IMG/VR virus record: IMGVR_UViG_3300045284_000122 | Coordinates: 1 to 46,804 of that record | Direction: 5' to 3' (one strand) | From: a virus | DNA length: 46,804 nt | Part shown: in pieces, positions 7,235-14,724 of the stretch | How positions within the stretch are numbered: the stretch's first letter is position 1 | Layout of the letters: each line of letters opens with the position of its first letter | The notes under the pieces: generated by a model | What the model was told of the DNA's origin: nothing | Database searches by the model: none | The model's input: the letters and a program-made list of their open reading frames with translations, nothing else | Made by a program: the position numbers and the translations under genes

Positions 7235-7990
7235 GTGAATCGGCTTGCGTTGAAGTTCGTAGACGAGGAGAACCGAGGCAGACATTCGGGGTTCCAGTGG
7301 CCCGTGCCGAACGGCAAGCCGGGCAAGTGGGTCGAGGCCGAGGGCAAGTTGGTCGTCTGCCGAAACGGTATTCACGCCTGCCTTCTGCCCCACGCCTCCG
7401 AGTGGCTGAATCGGAACGTCTATTTGATTGAACTCGATGGCGAGGTTTCCGACGAAGGCGACAAGCTCATGGCGCGGCGTGGGCGGTTGGTCCGATCCCT
7501 CGAATGGGACGACTCGCGGATGCGACTGTTCGCGGCCGACTGCGCGGAGCGGGTGCTGCCGAGCTTCGAGAAGGAGCGGCCGAAGGACGACCGACCTCGC
7601 AAGGCGATTGAAGCGGCGAGGGCTTATGCCCGAGGCGAGATTGATGACGCCGCACGGGCCGCCGCATGGGCCGCCGCACGGGACGCCGCACGGGCCGCCG
7701 CATGGGACGCCGCATGGGACGCCGCATGGGACGCCGTACGGGCCGCCGCACGGGCCGCCGCACGGGCCGCCGCATGGGACGCCGCATGGGACGCCGCACG
7801 GGACGCCGCATGGGACGCCGCATGGGCCGCCGCACGGGACGCCGCACGGGCCGCCGCACGGGCCGCCGCACGGGCCGCCGCATGGGACGCCGCATGGGAC
7901 GCCGCATGGGCCGCCGAGCGCAAGTGGCAGGGGGAACGGCTCGCCTACTACTTGAAGTTGACCCCCACCGAAATCAGAGCCGTCTCGTGA
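7235..7990 (+). CDS. Moron protein with three parts: an N-terminal CxxGxH beta-type domain, an Imm-5-like helical segment, and a 22-unit (D/A)AA(W/R) tetrapeptide repeat
   Basis: GTG 7235 is preceded by GAAGGGAGAG; the ORF is also open from ATG 7208. The segments VVCRNGIHAC and FAADCAERVLPSFEKERPKDDRPRKAIEAARAYARGE resemble the DUF7666/Imm-5-like architecture (from memory). A perfect 4-aa repeat array follows. Confidence 0.8.
   Translation: MNRLALKFVDEENRGRHSGFQWPVPNGKPGKWVEAEGKLVVCRNGIHACLLPHASEWLNRNVYLIELDGEVSDEGDKLMARRGRLVRSLEWDDSRMRLFAADCAERVLPSFEKERPKDDRPRKAIEAARAYARGEIDDAARAAAWAAARDAARAAAWDAAWDAAWDAVRAAARAAARAAAWDAAWDAARDAAWDAAWAAARDAARAAARAAARAAAWDAAWDAAWAAERKWQGERLAYYLKLTPTEIRAVS
7646..7909 (+). 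repeat. Intragenic tandem repeat: 22 units of 12 bp, g(a/c)cgccgca(c/t)gg
   Basis: Counted unit by unit. Units differ essentially only at base 2 (a/c, giving D/A) and base 10 (c/t, giving R/W). Unit 8 has one extra c>t change (A>V). A degenerate 23rd unit lies at 7910-7921. Confidence 0.95.
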
Positions 7991-8046
7991 CGGAATGGAT
8001 CAAGGAGCGGAGATGAAAGCAATAGCCAGGACGTGCCAGGACGACG

Positions 8047-8184
8047 ATGGGTAGCGTCGAGTTCTTCTGCGGCTGGCTCCACGGCCCGGTGTCGCGCTTT
8101 CCCTACGTCCAGTTCGTGCGCTGCGGCTGGGGGCTCATCTTCTACAACCGCCGAGGCGAGTTCATCAGAGAGTGGCCGAAGTGA
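8047..8184 (+). CDS. Small hypothetical protein (45 aa, Cys/Trp-rich)
   Basis: GC3 is about 90 percent in this frame. It is below the ORF-track cutoff and fills the gap before 8226. Confidence 0.55.
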   Translation: MGSVEFFCGWLHGPVSRFPYVQFVRCGWGLIFYNRRGEFIREWPK

Positions 8185-8225
8185 ACGGTCACGTCACCGC
8201 TACCGACCGACAAGGAGCTGAACGC

Positions 8226-8654
8226 ATGAGCAAGGCCAACACCCAGACGGCGCCATACCCCGACGAGCTCGCCGACCTGGTGAGCACGATGAGCTACCGC
8301 CCTGGCTGGCAGTTTGTCCTCGAGCATCTCGACCGCGGCCAGGGCTCGGAGGGCCTGACGTTCAAGGTGCTGACCAAGGGGTATGACACCTACAACCCCG
8401 AGCGCGGCGAGACCTACTGCGTGTGGCACTACTTCCCGGTTCCGCCGGCCGCCTATGACCGCCGGGCCTGGCAGCGCTGGCTGCTCGACCAGCTGCTCGA
8501 CGTCGAGATCCACGAGGCCTGCGAGTTCTTCCAGATTGGGGGCGAACGCCCGTTCGCCCCCAACCACGGTCCGGGCCGCGACCCGTACACGATCCTCGAG
8601 CTGGGCACCGACCTGGACGCGCGGACCTCGTTCCGGGGCGGGGTGGGTGCCTGA
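8226..8654 (+). CDS. Hypothetical protein
   Basis: ATG 8226 is preceded by AAGGAG at an 8-nt spacing, inside ORF 8172..8654. Confidence 0.7.
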   Translation: MSKANTQTAPYPDELADLVSTMSYRPGWQFVLEHLDRGQGSEGLTFKVLTKGYDTYNPERGETYCVWHYFPVPPAAYDRRAWQRWLLDQLLDVEIHEACEFFQIGGERPFAPNHGPGRDPYTILELGTDLDARTSFRGGVGA

Positions 8655-8890
8655 TGGAGCTGTCGGATGCAGAGCGCCAGGAGGTCTACAGCCTCTATTA
8701 CCGCTACCGACGGGAGCTGGAGGAGGCACAGGAGCGCTACGACCTGGCGCATGTCGCTCGGGGCCTCGATTCGGTTGACCAGGGGGCATGGAGTGCGAGC
8801 GACTCCCTCGGCGGCGGTGCTGCCGTGGTCAGGCAGGCGCTTCGTCGCCTCTACAAGGAGCTGACGCGGACGGCCGAGAGGCAGCCGTGA
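8654..8890 (+). CDS. Hypothetical protein
   Basis: TGATG overlap start; coding composition. Confidence 0.6.
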   Translation: MELSDAERQEVYSLYYRYRRELEEAQERYDLAHVARGLDSVDQGAWSASDSLGGGAAVVRQALRRLYKELTRTAERQP

Positions 8891-9108
8891 GCCGCCGCTG
8901 GAAGCCCCCCAAGAACCGTGACGCGGATGAAAACCGATTCCTCGGGGCGCTCGATGGAGTGGCGGGCGACGGTTGGCACCACCTCTCCGGTGTGCCTTAT
9001 TGCCGCTGCTGCGAGGTTGAGGCTGGCGAGCCGCATGCTGAGGGCTGCCCCGTCGATGCGGTCAACGCGGCCCTCCTGCCCTGGAGGAAGGCCCGAGCCG
9101 ATGCCTAA
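8887..9108 (+). CDS. Hypothetical Cys-rich protein
   Basis: GTGA overlap start inside ORF 8788..9108; motif CRCC...EGC. Confidence 0.5.
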   Translation: MSRRWKPPKNRDADENRFLGALDGVAGDGWHHLSGVPYCRCCEVEAGEPHAEGCPVDAVNAALLPWRKARADA

Positions 9109-9559
9109 AGCGATCGCCCTATCGAACGCGGAGATTCGCACCGTCCGAGAGGCGATGCGCGTTGCCCTTCCGCGTATCGCTCGTCAGCCCCTCCGAGGAG
9201 AAGGGGGAGGAGTGAGCGAAGGCCACCACGTGATCCCGAAGCAGCGGATCAAGATCCGTCGCTCAGCGGTCGCGATCAAGGACAAGCGCCACGAGCGGCT
9301 CTCACCCGGCGAGCGACGACTCCTCGTCACCCCGCTCACCCGAATCCTCGCCGACCGCCGCAACATCGTCCGGATCTCCCGCAAGCTTCACCACCGGGCT
9401 CATCAGGGCTTTGAGCGACTCACCGCGGCCCAGCTCCCCGCCGGCCTCCAGGACTTCGCGGCCGACTACGGGCTCGAGGCCGCTCTCGATCACGAACTCC
9501 GGCTCCTCGGCATCTCCGTGGAGGAACTGGAAAGTGGAAAGCGAACACTCACCGCATGA
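9101..9559 (+). CDS. Small HNH-motif nuclease
   Basis: EGHHVIPKQ ... NIVRISRKLHHRAH gives an HH..N..H..H pattern. ATG 9101 overlaps the upstream stop. Confidence 0.5.
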   Translation: MPKAIALSNAEIRTVREAMRVALPRIARQPLRGEGGGVSEGHHVIPKQRIKIRRSAVAIKDKRHERLSPGERRLLVTPLTRILADRRNIVRISRKLHHRAHQGFERLTAAQLPAGLQDFAADYGLEAALDHELRLLGISVEELESGKRTLTA

Positions 9560-10011
9560 GCCCGAGCGAACCAGAGCCGCGCGCTGTTGAGATCTCGATC
9601 CCGGGCGATCCGGTGCCCTGGGCTCCGAAGCAGGTAGCCAAGAAGACCGGCAACCGCTTCCTGCCTTCCCGCCAGGCCAAGCACGCCGACACGATCCTCG
9701 TCGCGGTCGAGCGGGCGATCGACGCCGGCGCCGAGCCCTTCGGCAAGGAGCCGCTCTGCCTCCAACTGGAGTTCGTCCTCACGCGGCCGAAAGCCCACTT
9801 TGGCACTGGCAAGAACGCCGACGTGCTGAAGGACAGCGCGCCCCCTGTGCCGATGGGCAAGCCTGACCTCTCGAACCTCGTGAAGCTCGTCGAGGACGGA
9901 CTCGTGCTCGGCGGCCTGATCCCGGACGACGATCAGGTGGTTTCCATCGTGGCCGACAAGTTCTACGGCCGGCGAGCCCGCTCCAACGTCTTGATCGGAC
10001 CGGCCGAGTGA
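9556..10011 (+). CDS. rusA: RusA-family Holliday junction resolvase
   Basis: KPDLSNLVKLVEDGLVLGGLIPDDDQVVSI matches the RusA signature (PDxDNL..K...D.L......DD..V). Confidence 0.8.
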   Translation: MSPSEPEPRAVEISIPGDPVPWAPKQVAKKTGNRFLPSRQAKHADTILVAVERAIDAGAEPFGKEPLCLQLEFVLTRPKAHFGTGKNADVLKDSAPPVPMGKPDLSNLVKLVEDGLVLGGLIPDDDQVVSIVADKFYGRRARSNVLIGPAE

Positions 10012-10244
10012 ACCCCGGCATCGGGATCGGCCTCGTGGCGCTCTTCGCGGTGCTGTGCATCGTCACGGACGGCGGCCGATGGGAAACCGAGCCGGGCGTG
10101 ATCTACGTCACCGAGGACGACTTGAACGGGGCCAGCTTCACGGTGGTCGACGGCTGCGGCTGGCTCTGGGACGAACGGGCGCTTGAGCACTTGGACTGGT
10201 TCCCGCTGGGTCGGCCTTACGACTGGGCGCTCGACGGCGCGTGA
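10008..10244 (+). CDS. Small membrane protein
   Basis: N-terminal TM segment GIGIGLVALFAVLCIV; GTGA overlap start. Confidence 0.55.
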   Translation: MNPGIGIGLVALFAVLCIVTDGGRWETEPGVIYVTEDDLNGASFTVVDGCGWLWDERALEHLDWFPLGRPYDWALDGA

Positions 10245-10555
10245 GGACGTGCGAGCGATGCGGTGCCCGATTCGAGGGCAAACGGGCTGACGCGCGGTTC
10301 TGCTCCGAAAAGTGCCGTCTCGACCACTGGCTCGCGGAACACCCCGAAGCCCCGCGTAGCCGTTCGGAACGGCTCTCACAGCATCCCCGGCGCCGGTCAC
10401 GCGACGGTAACGGCACGCGCCTTTACCTGAGCCCGCTGGAGGTCGCCTACCTGATCGACGTCCTAGTCGACTACCCCGACACCCGCGACGCCCCGCTTCA
10501 GGGCGTGCTCGCCAAGCTCGCTAAAGCCCACGACCGGATTGAGGAGAACGGATGA
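10241..10555 (+). CDS. Zinc-ribbon protein
   Basis: CERCGARFEGKRADARFCSEKCR forms a CxxC...CxxxC motif. Confidence 0.6.
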   Translation: MRTCERCGARFEGKRADARFCSEKCRLDHWLAEHPEAPRSRSERLSQHPRRRSRDGNGTRLYLSPLEVAYLIDVLVDYPDTRDAPLQGVLAKLAKAHDRIEENG

Positions 10556-10737
10556 ACGATCTGCATTACAACTGCCCGTTCTGTCTCTGGGGAGTCACCC
10601 AGAAGCAGTACGACGAGAAGGCGCTCGAACTCATCAGAGAGGCCCTGGAGCCGATCGGATTGACGCTTGAGCGACACGGAGTTAGCTGGTCACTGGAGAG
10701 TCCGCACGGCACTCACGGCACGCTCCGGTTGGGCTGA
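10552..10737 (+). CDS. Hypothetical small protein with a CPFC motif
   Basis: ATGA overlap start; coding composition. Confidence 0.5.
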   Translation: MNDLHYNCPFCLWGVTQKQYDEKALELIREALEPIGLTLERHGVSWSLESPHGTHGTLRLG

Positions 10738-11516
10738 TGAGCGGGTTCGTGATGGGCCGCGTCTGGACGCTGGAACTGAGCAAGGGCCAGCAGACGGTGC
10801 TCCTAGCGCTGGCCGATCATGCTCACGACGACGGAACGAGCGTCTTCCCGAGCATCGGCTACACGGCCTGGAAGACCGGCTACCAGCGACGCCACGTACA
10901 GCGCATGTTCCGGGAGCTCCAGGAGGCAGGCGTGCTAGTCGAAGTGGCGCCAGCGACTCGGCGCCTGCCGACCGAGTACCGGATCGTGATCGAAGCTGGG
11001 CGCGAGAAGGTTCCGTATGACGCTAGGGGCGACATCGACGACAAGGAGGGGCGTCCTAACGGTGCATCAGGGGCGGTCCCCAGGACGCCCAAACCGTCAA
11101 AGGAACCATCAAAAGAACCGGGCCGTTCTTCAGAGAGAGAGAACATCGACCACATCTGGACTCACTACGCCAACCTCATGCACGTGCGTCGTCCGAGAAA
11201 CGCCGACGACGTTCGGATCATCCGCGGCGCTCTGGCCGTCGCTACCCCCGCTGAGTGCCGGCTCGCGATCTACGGGTGCAGCCGCGCCGACTTCCACATG
11301 AAGCGCGGCGACTCTGAGGGCCGCTCCGGGCCCAAGTACAACAAGCTCTCCCAGATCCTGAAGGGCAAGCGGGGCGGCAAGACGACGCGCGAGCAGATCG
11401 AGATGTTCGTCGAGATCGCACGGGCGAACACCGACCCGCCGACCAAGGGCAAGCCGAGCACGGTCTTCGACGAGGAAACGGCCGCCGAAGGCAGGCGGGC
11501 GCTCGGCCGTGAGTGA
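10737..11516 (+). CDS. Replication initiator or helicase-loading protein (winged helix plus a phage-conserved C-terminal domain)
   Basis: N-terminal segment VLLALADHAHDDGTSVFPSIGYTAWKTGYQRRHVQRMFRELQEAGVL is winged-HTH like. The C-terminal block RIIRGALAV..ECRLAIYGC...KYNKLSQIL is Phg_2220_C-like. The gene lies directly upstream of DnaB. Confidence 0.6.
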   Translation: MSGFVMGRVWTLELSKGQQTVLLALADHAHDDGTSVFPSIGYTAWKTGYQRRHVQRMFRELQEAGVLVEVAPATRRLPTEYRIVIEAGREKVPYDARGDIDDKEGRPNGASGAVPRTPKPSKEPSKEPGRSSERENIDHIWTHYANLMHVRRPRNADDVRIIRGALAVATPAECRLAIYGCSRADFHMKRGDSEGRSGPKYNKLSQILKGKRGGKTTREQIEMFVEIARANTDPPTKGKPSTVFDEETAAEGRRALGRE

Positions 11517-12822
11517 GGCCCCGCCCCACGACCTGGACGCCGAGATGAGCGTGCTCGGCGCGATGCTGACGACCGATCAGGCGGTGCGGGTCGTGCCGGT
11601 GCAGACGGGGTTGCGTTCCGGGCACTTCTACCGCGAGACGCACGCCGCGATCTACATGGCCTGCATCCGGGTCGCCGCTCGAGGGGAGGGAGTCGACGCG
11701 ATCACCGTCTGGGACGAGCTCTGCCGCTCCGAGACGCCTCCGGGCATCACCCGCGAGAGGCTGAACGAGCTCGCCGGGTTCCCGCCCTCGCCCGGTAATG
11801 CCCCGCACTACGCCCGGATCGTGATTGAGACGGCCGAGCTCCGCGGCTACCTAGCGGGCGCGCGCCAGATCCAGCAGGGCGTGCACGACCACGATCGCGT
11901 CGCGATCCAGGAGGGAATCGAAGCGGTCGCGAAGCCGGTCCAGGAGACGGGCGAGCCTGCCGAGCCGAACGAGTTGAGCCATGCCGTGTGGGAGTACCTG
12001 AACGCCAAGGGCGAGCCGGAAGTGTTCGAGCTGCCGTGGCCGAGCATGAACGAGCACATCGGCGCCGGCGGCTTCCTGCGCGGCGAGTTCACGATCCTGA
12101 CCGGCTGGACGAACCTCGGCAAGTCGATCGCGCTCGACCAGATGCTGCGCCACTTCCACGAGCAGGGCAAGCGGTGCTGGCTCTTCTGCACCGAGATGGG
12201 CTGGCTCGAGCGCTCCCTTCGACACGTCACGGCCGAGACAGCGGTGCCCTACTCGAAGCTGATCCGCCGCCAACCGCTCACTGAGCAGGAGCGAACGGAC
12301 GTGAGAACCGCGCTTGACGCGATGCCGTTCGGCTTTCGCGACGCCTCGGGCTGGCCCGCTACCCAGATCTCGCAGGAGATCGTCGCGCGGAAGGTCGACA
12401 TCGCGGCGATCGACCCGCTCAACCTGATCCCGTTCAAGGACACCCGCGAGTACGACGAGGTGCTGCGCCAGCTGAAGGAAACCGCGGTGCGCGCCAACTG
12501 CCACATCGTCGCGATCTCGCAGCTCAACATGGCCCGCTTCCGCGACCAGAATCCCCCGTCGCCGGCCCTGCGCGACATTCGCGACTCAGGCAACGCGCAA
12601 TATATTGCCAGCCACATCGTTAGCGTCCATCGCACTTACAGGGATGGGGAACCGACCAAGACCGGGGAAATCCGCTTCCTCAAGGTCAGGAATGGCGTGA
12701 CCGGGCGGTGCAAGGTCGAATTCATCCCAGGCGCGTTTAGGTTCGTAGAGCCGAAGCCCGCGCCTCCGCCCGAACCTAGCGAGGTTGTCATGGACTTCAC
12801 GGGTACGGATGAAGCCGACTGA
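11509..12822 (+). CDS. dnaB: DnaB-family replicative helicase
   Basis: N-terminal PPHDLDAEMSVLGAMLT, a Walker A-like ILTGWTNLGKSIAL, and the later RDSGNAQYIAS block. Confidence 0.9.
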   Translation: MSEAPPHDLDAEMSVLGAMLTTDQAVRVVPVQTGLRSGHFYRETHAAIYMACIRVAARGEGVDAITVWDELCRSETPPGITRERLNELAGFPPSPGNAPHYARIVIETAELRGYLAGARQIQQGVHDHDRVAIQEGIEAVAKPVQETGEPAEPNELSHAVWEYLNAKGEPEVFELPWPSMNEHIGAGGFLRGEFTILTGWTNLGKSIALDQMLRHFHEQGKRCWLFCTEMGWLERSLRHVTAETAVPYSKLIRRQPLTEQERTDVRTALDAMPFGFRDASGWPATQISQEIVARKVDIAAIDPLNLIPFKDTREYDEVLRQLKETAVRANCHIVAISQLNMARFRDQNPPSPALRDIRDSGNAQYIASHIVSVHRTYRDGEPTKTGEIRFLKVRNGVTGRCKVEFIPGAFRFVEPKPAPPPEPSEVVMDFTGTDEAD

Positions 12823-13021
12823 CGGTGTAGGCTGTCGACCGCACTCCAAGTCCGGCCCTTCCCCGTCAACGATTCGGAAGGACCGACATGAAGCTGTGGA
12901 TCTACTGGCGTGTCGCCTCTCTTGCCCGCTTCCTCCTCACGCGACTTGTGCGTCGCACAACAGCACATGGCGAGCTCTACCTCGCTCACGCAGGGCTTGA
13001 CACTCGCGAGCTGGGTCGCTG

Positions 13022-13411
13022 ATGGCGCCGCGCTACATCGAAGAGGATCGCGGCTTCACGACGCCGTGCTGGGTCTGGCAACTTCAGATCGGCCGCGGCG
13101 GGTACGGGTACGTGAAGCGAGGCGGCAGGCCACGCAGGGCTCACCGCGTCTTCTATGAGGACCGTTATGGCCCGATCCCTGATGGCATGCAGCTCGACCA
13201 CCTCTGCAAGCAGCGAGCCTGTGTCAATCCCGACCACCTTGAGGCGGTCACGCACACGGAGAACGTGCGACGAAGCAGCCTGACGCACCTCACGACGGAG
13301 AGCGTGCAGGAGATACGCGAGGCGAGTGGCTCTCAGCGCCAGATCGCACGCCGGTTCGGGATCTCGCAGGGTCAGGTGTCACGGATCAGAGCGGGCCATA
13401 GCTGGGCCTAA
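13022..13411 (+). CDS. HNH homing endonuclease (HNH_3) with a C-terminal HTH, near the packaging genes
   Basis: CWVWQ..GGYGYV...RRAHRVFYEDRYGPIPDGMQLDHLCKQRACVNPDHLEAVTHTEN, followed by QRQIARRFGISQGQVSRI. Confidence 0.85.
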   Translation: MAPRYIEEDRGFTTPCWVWQLQIGRGGYGYVKRGGRPRRAHRVFYEDRYGPIPDGMQLDHLCKQRACVNPDHLEAVTHTENVRRSSLTHLTTESVQEIREASGSQRQIARRFGISQGQVSRIRAGHSWA

Positions 13412-13461
13412 CGGTTCGCGACAGACGCGCGCGCGCAATACAACGCGTGGCTCGCGAACCG
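13412..13461 (+). terminator. Two-tier hairpin after the HNH stop codon
   Basis: cggttcgcga (13412-13421) pairs perfectly with tcgcgaaccg (13452-13461). There is an inner acgcg/cgcgt pairing. No U-tract follows. Confidence 0.35.
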
Positions 13462-13494
13462 CTCCGAACACGGGCCTAGACTCCCGTCTCGCAC

Positions 13495-14136
13495 ATGGCG
13501 CGCAAGTATCCAAGCGAGCTTAACGAGGCGATCTGGGGGCTGATGAAGCTCGAGATGAGCGGTCCTCAGATCCGGCAGAAGCTCGCCAACGGTGACGCTG
13601 GATTGAAGAAGCCGCTCCGTGTCGGCCTCCGCACAGTGCAGATGCGAATGGCAAAGCTCAGCCGAGAACGCGGAGCACCTGAGATCCCCGACCAGGAGGT
13701 CGGCGAAGTAGCGACGGCAGTCGCTCACGAGATCCTGATCGCAGCCCGCCGCCAGATCGCGATGATCCCGAAGAACCGCTTGGCAAAGCCGCAGGAACTG
13801 GCATCGGCTGAGAAGCTGACCCGGATCGTCAACGAACTGAGACGAGGACCTCGACCCGAGTCGACTCCGTCTCGAAGAGGGGGCGAGCACAAGCACCGAA
13901 GCACGACGCCGCCCTCGCTCCTTGAGCGACTGGCAGAGCAGGCGCGTACCGCTGAGAGCCCGCTCCGTCCCCAACCACAAGGGGAGAGAGAAGGCAGGCA
14001 GGACGCAGCTCGGCGAAGCGCGAGTGCGCCGGAGAAACCAGAACCCGAACTGGATGTGGCGAAACCTTCAGTCGAACACGCGCGCAACCAGCAGCCCGCC
14101 TCGCCTCAGTCCAGCAAGGCCAGCACCACCAGCTAG
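13495..14136 (+). CDS. HTH DNA-binding protein with a disordered basic C-terminus. It may be the small terminase subunit or a late regulator.
   Basis: N-terminal helix-turn-helix-like segment (GPQIRQKLANGD...LRTVQMRMAKL). It lies two genes upstream of the large terminase. Confidence 0.4.
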   Translation: MARKYPSELNEAIWGLMKLEMSGPQIRQKLANGDAGLKKPLRVGLRTVQMRMAKLSRERGAPEIPDQEVGEVATAVAHEILIAARRQIAMIPKNRLAKPQELASAEKLTRIVNELRRGPRPESTPSRRGGEHKHRSTTPPSLLERLAEQARTAESPLRPQPQGEREGRQDAARRSASAPEKPEPELDVAKPSVEHARNQQPASPQSSKASTTS

Positions 14137-14430
14137 GCACGAGCTCACGCCTGGCATCCTTGGTATCAAGACGCGAGCCATGCATAGATACATGCCTACG
14201 CACGCACGAAATCCAATCCTGTTTGGTGGGCAGGCGCTGCCGCCCCTCCCCGTCCCCTATTTCGTGCGTATTGGGCACCCGTCAGATCCCTGATTCCCTC
14301 CCTGCCCCGTCCACTTTCGCCTCAGATCGCCAGTCGCCCGACCAGGCACCAACCGCTGGCACTGCCCCAGAGTGGTCACGACACCACCGAACGCCCAGAT
14401 ACGTCCTACCCCCGGCCTAACGTTTCTGGC

Positions 14431-14703
14431 ATGGCTATGCGGTCTGAGATGGTCAAGTTCCGGTGCACCCCGGCGGAGAAGATGCGCCTGGATGAGCTGG
14501 CGCGGCGGCGTGGGACCGACGTGTCGGACTACCTGAGGCGACGGGCCTTCGAGGGCACGGACTCCGAGGGGGGCGTTGCCGTGGCGGTGCCGGTCGGGGT
14601 CAGCCGTGAGCAGGAGGTGGAGCGGCGGGCGCGCGAGCTCGAGGAGTCCGGGTTGCCGGCGGCGGCGGCTCGGCGGTTGGCGGCCGAGGAGATCGACGTC
14701 TAG
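14431..14703 (+). CDS. Ribbon-helix-helix protein (CopG/MobC-like)
   Basis: VKFRCTPAEKMRLDELARRRGTDVSDYLRRRAF is an RHH-type N-terminus. The gene lies immediately upstream of the large terminase. Confidence 0.6.
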   Translation: MAMRSEMVKFRCTPAEKMRLDELARRRGTDVSDYLRRRAFEGTDSEGGVAVAVPVGVSREQEVERRARELEESGLPAAAARRLAAEEIDV

Positions 14704-14724
14704 CTTCCGCACTACGCTTGCGCG

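Noticed and set aside
7646-7909. Whether the tandem array could be a CRISPR or another spacer-containing array
   Set aside because: The units are 12 bp, directly abutting with no spacers, and the array is in frame inside a protein-coding gene.
7428-8016. Four extra ORFs across the 12-bp repeat array, with PHGT/PHGP, RRPM/RRPV, HAAS/RAAA and GRRT/GRRM repeat translations
   Set aside because: Any 12-bp periodic sequence without stops is open in several frames. Only the (D/A)AA(W/R) frame is continuous with a non-repetitive N-terminal domain that has recognisable motifs and an RBS.
12888-13022. A 44-codon ORF with a GGAAGGA RBS and a TGATG coupling to the HNH gene at 13022
   Set aside because: Third-position GC is only about 67 percent, well below the genome's coding norm, and the peptide has no features. 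It could be real or part of the HNH cassette, but the evidence is too weak to list it as a feature.
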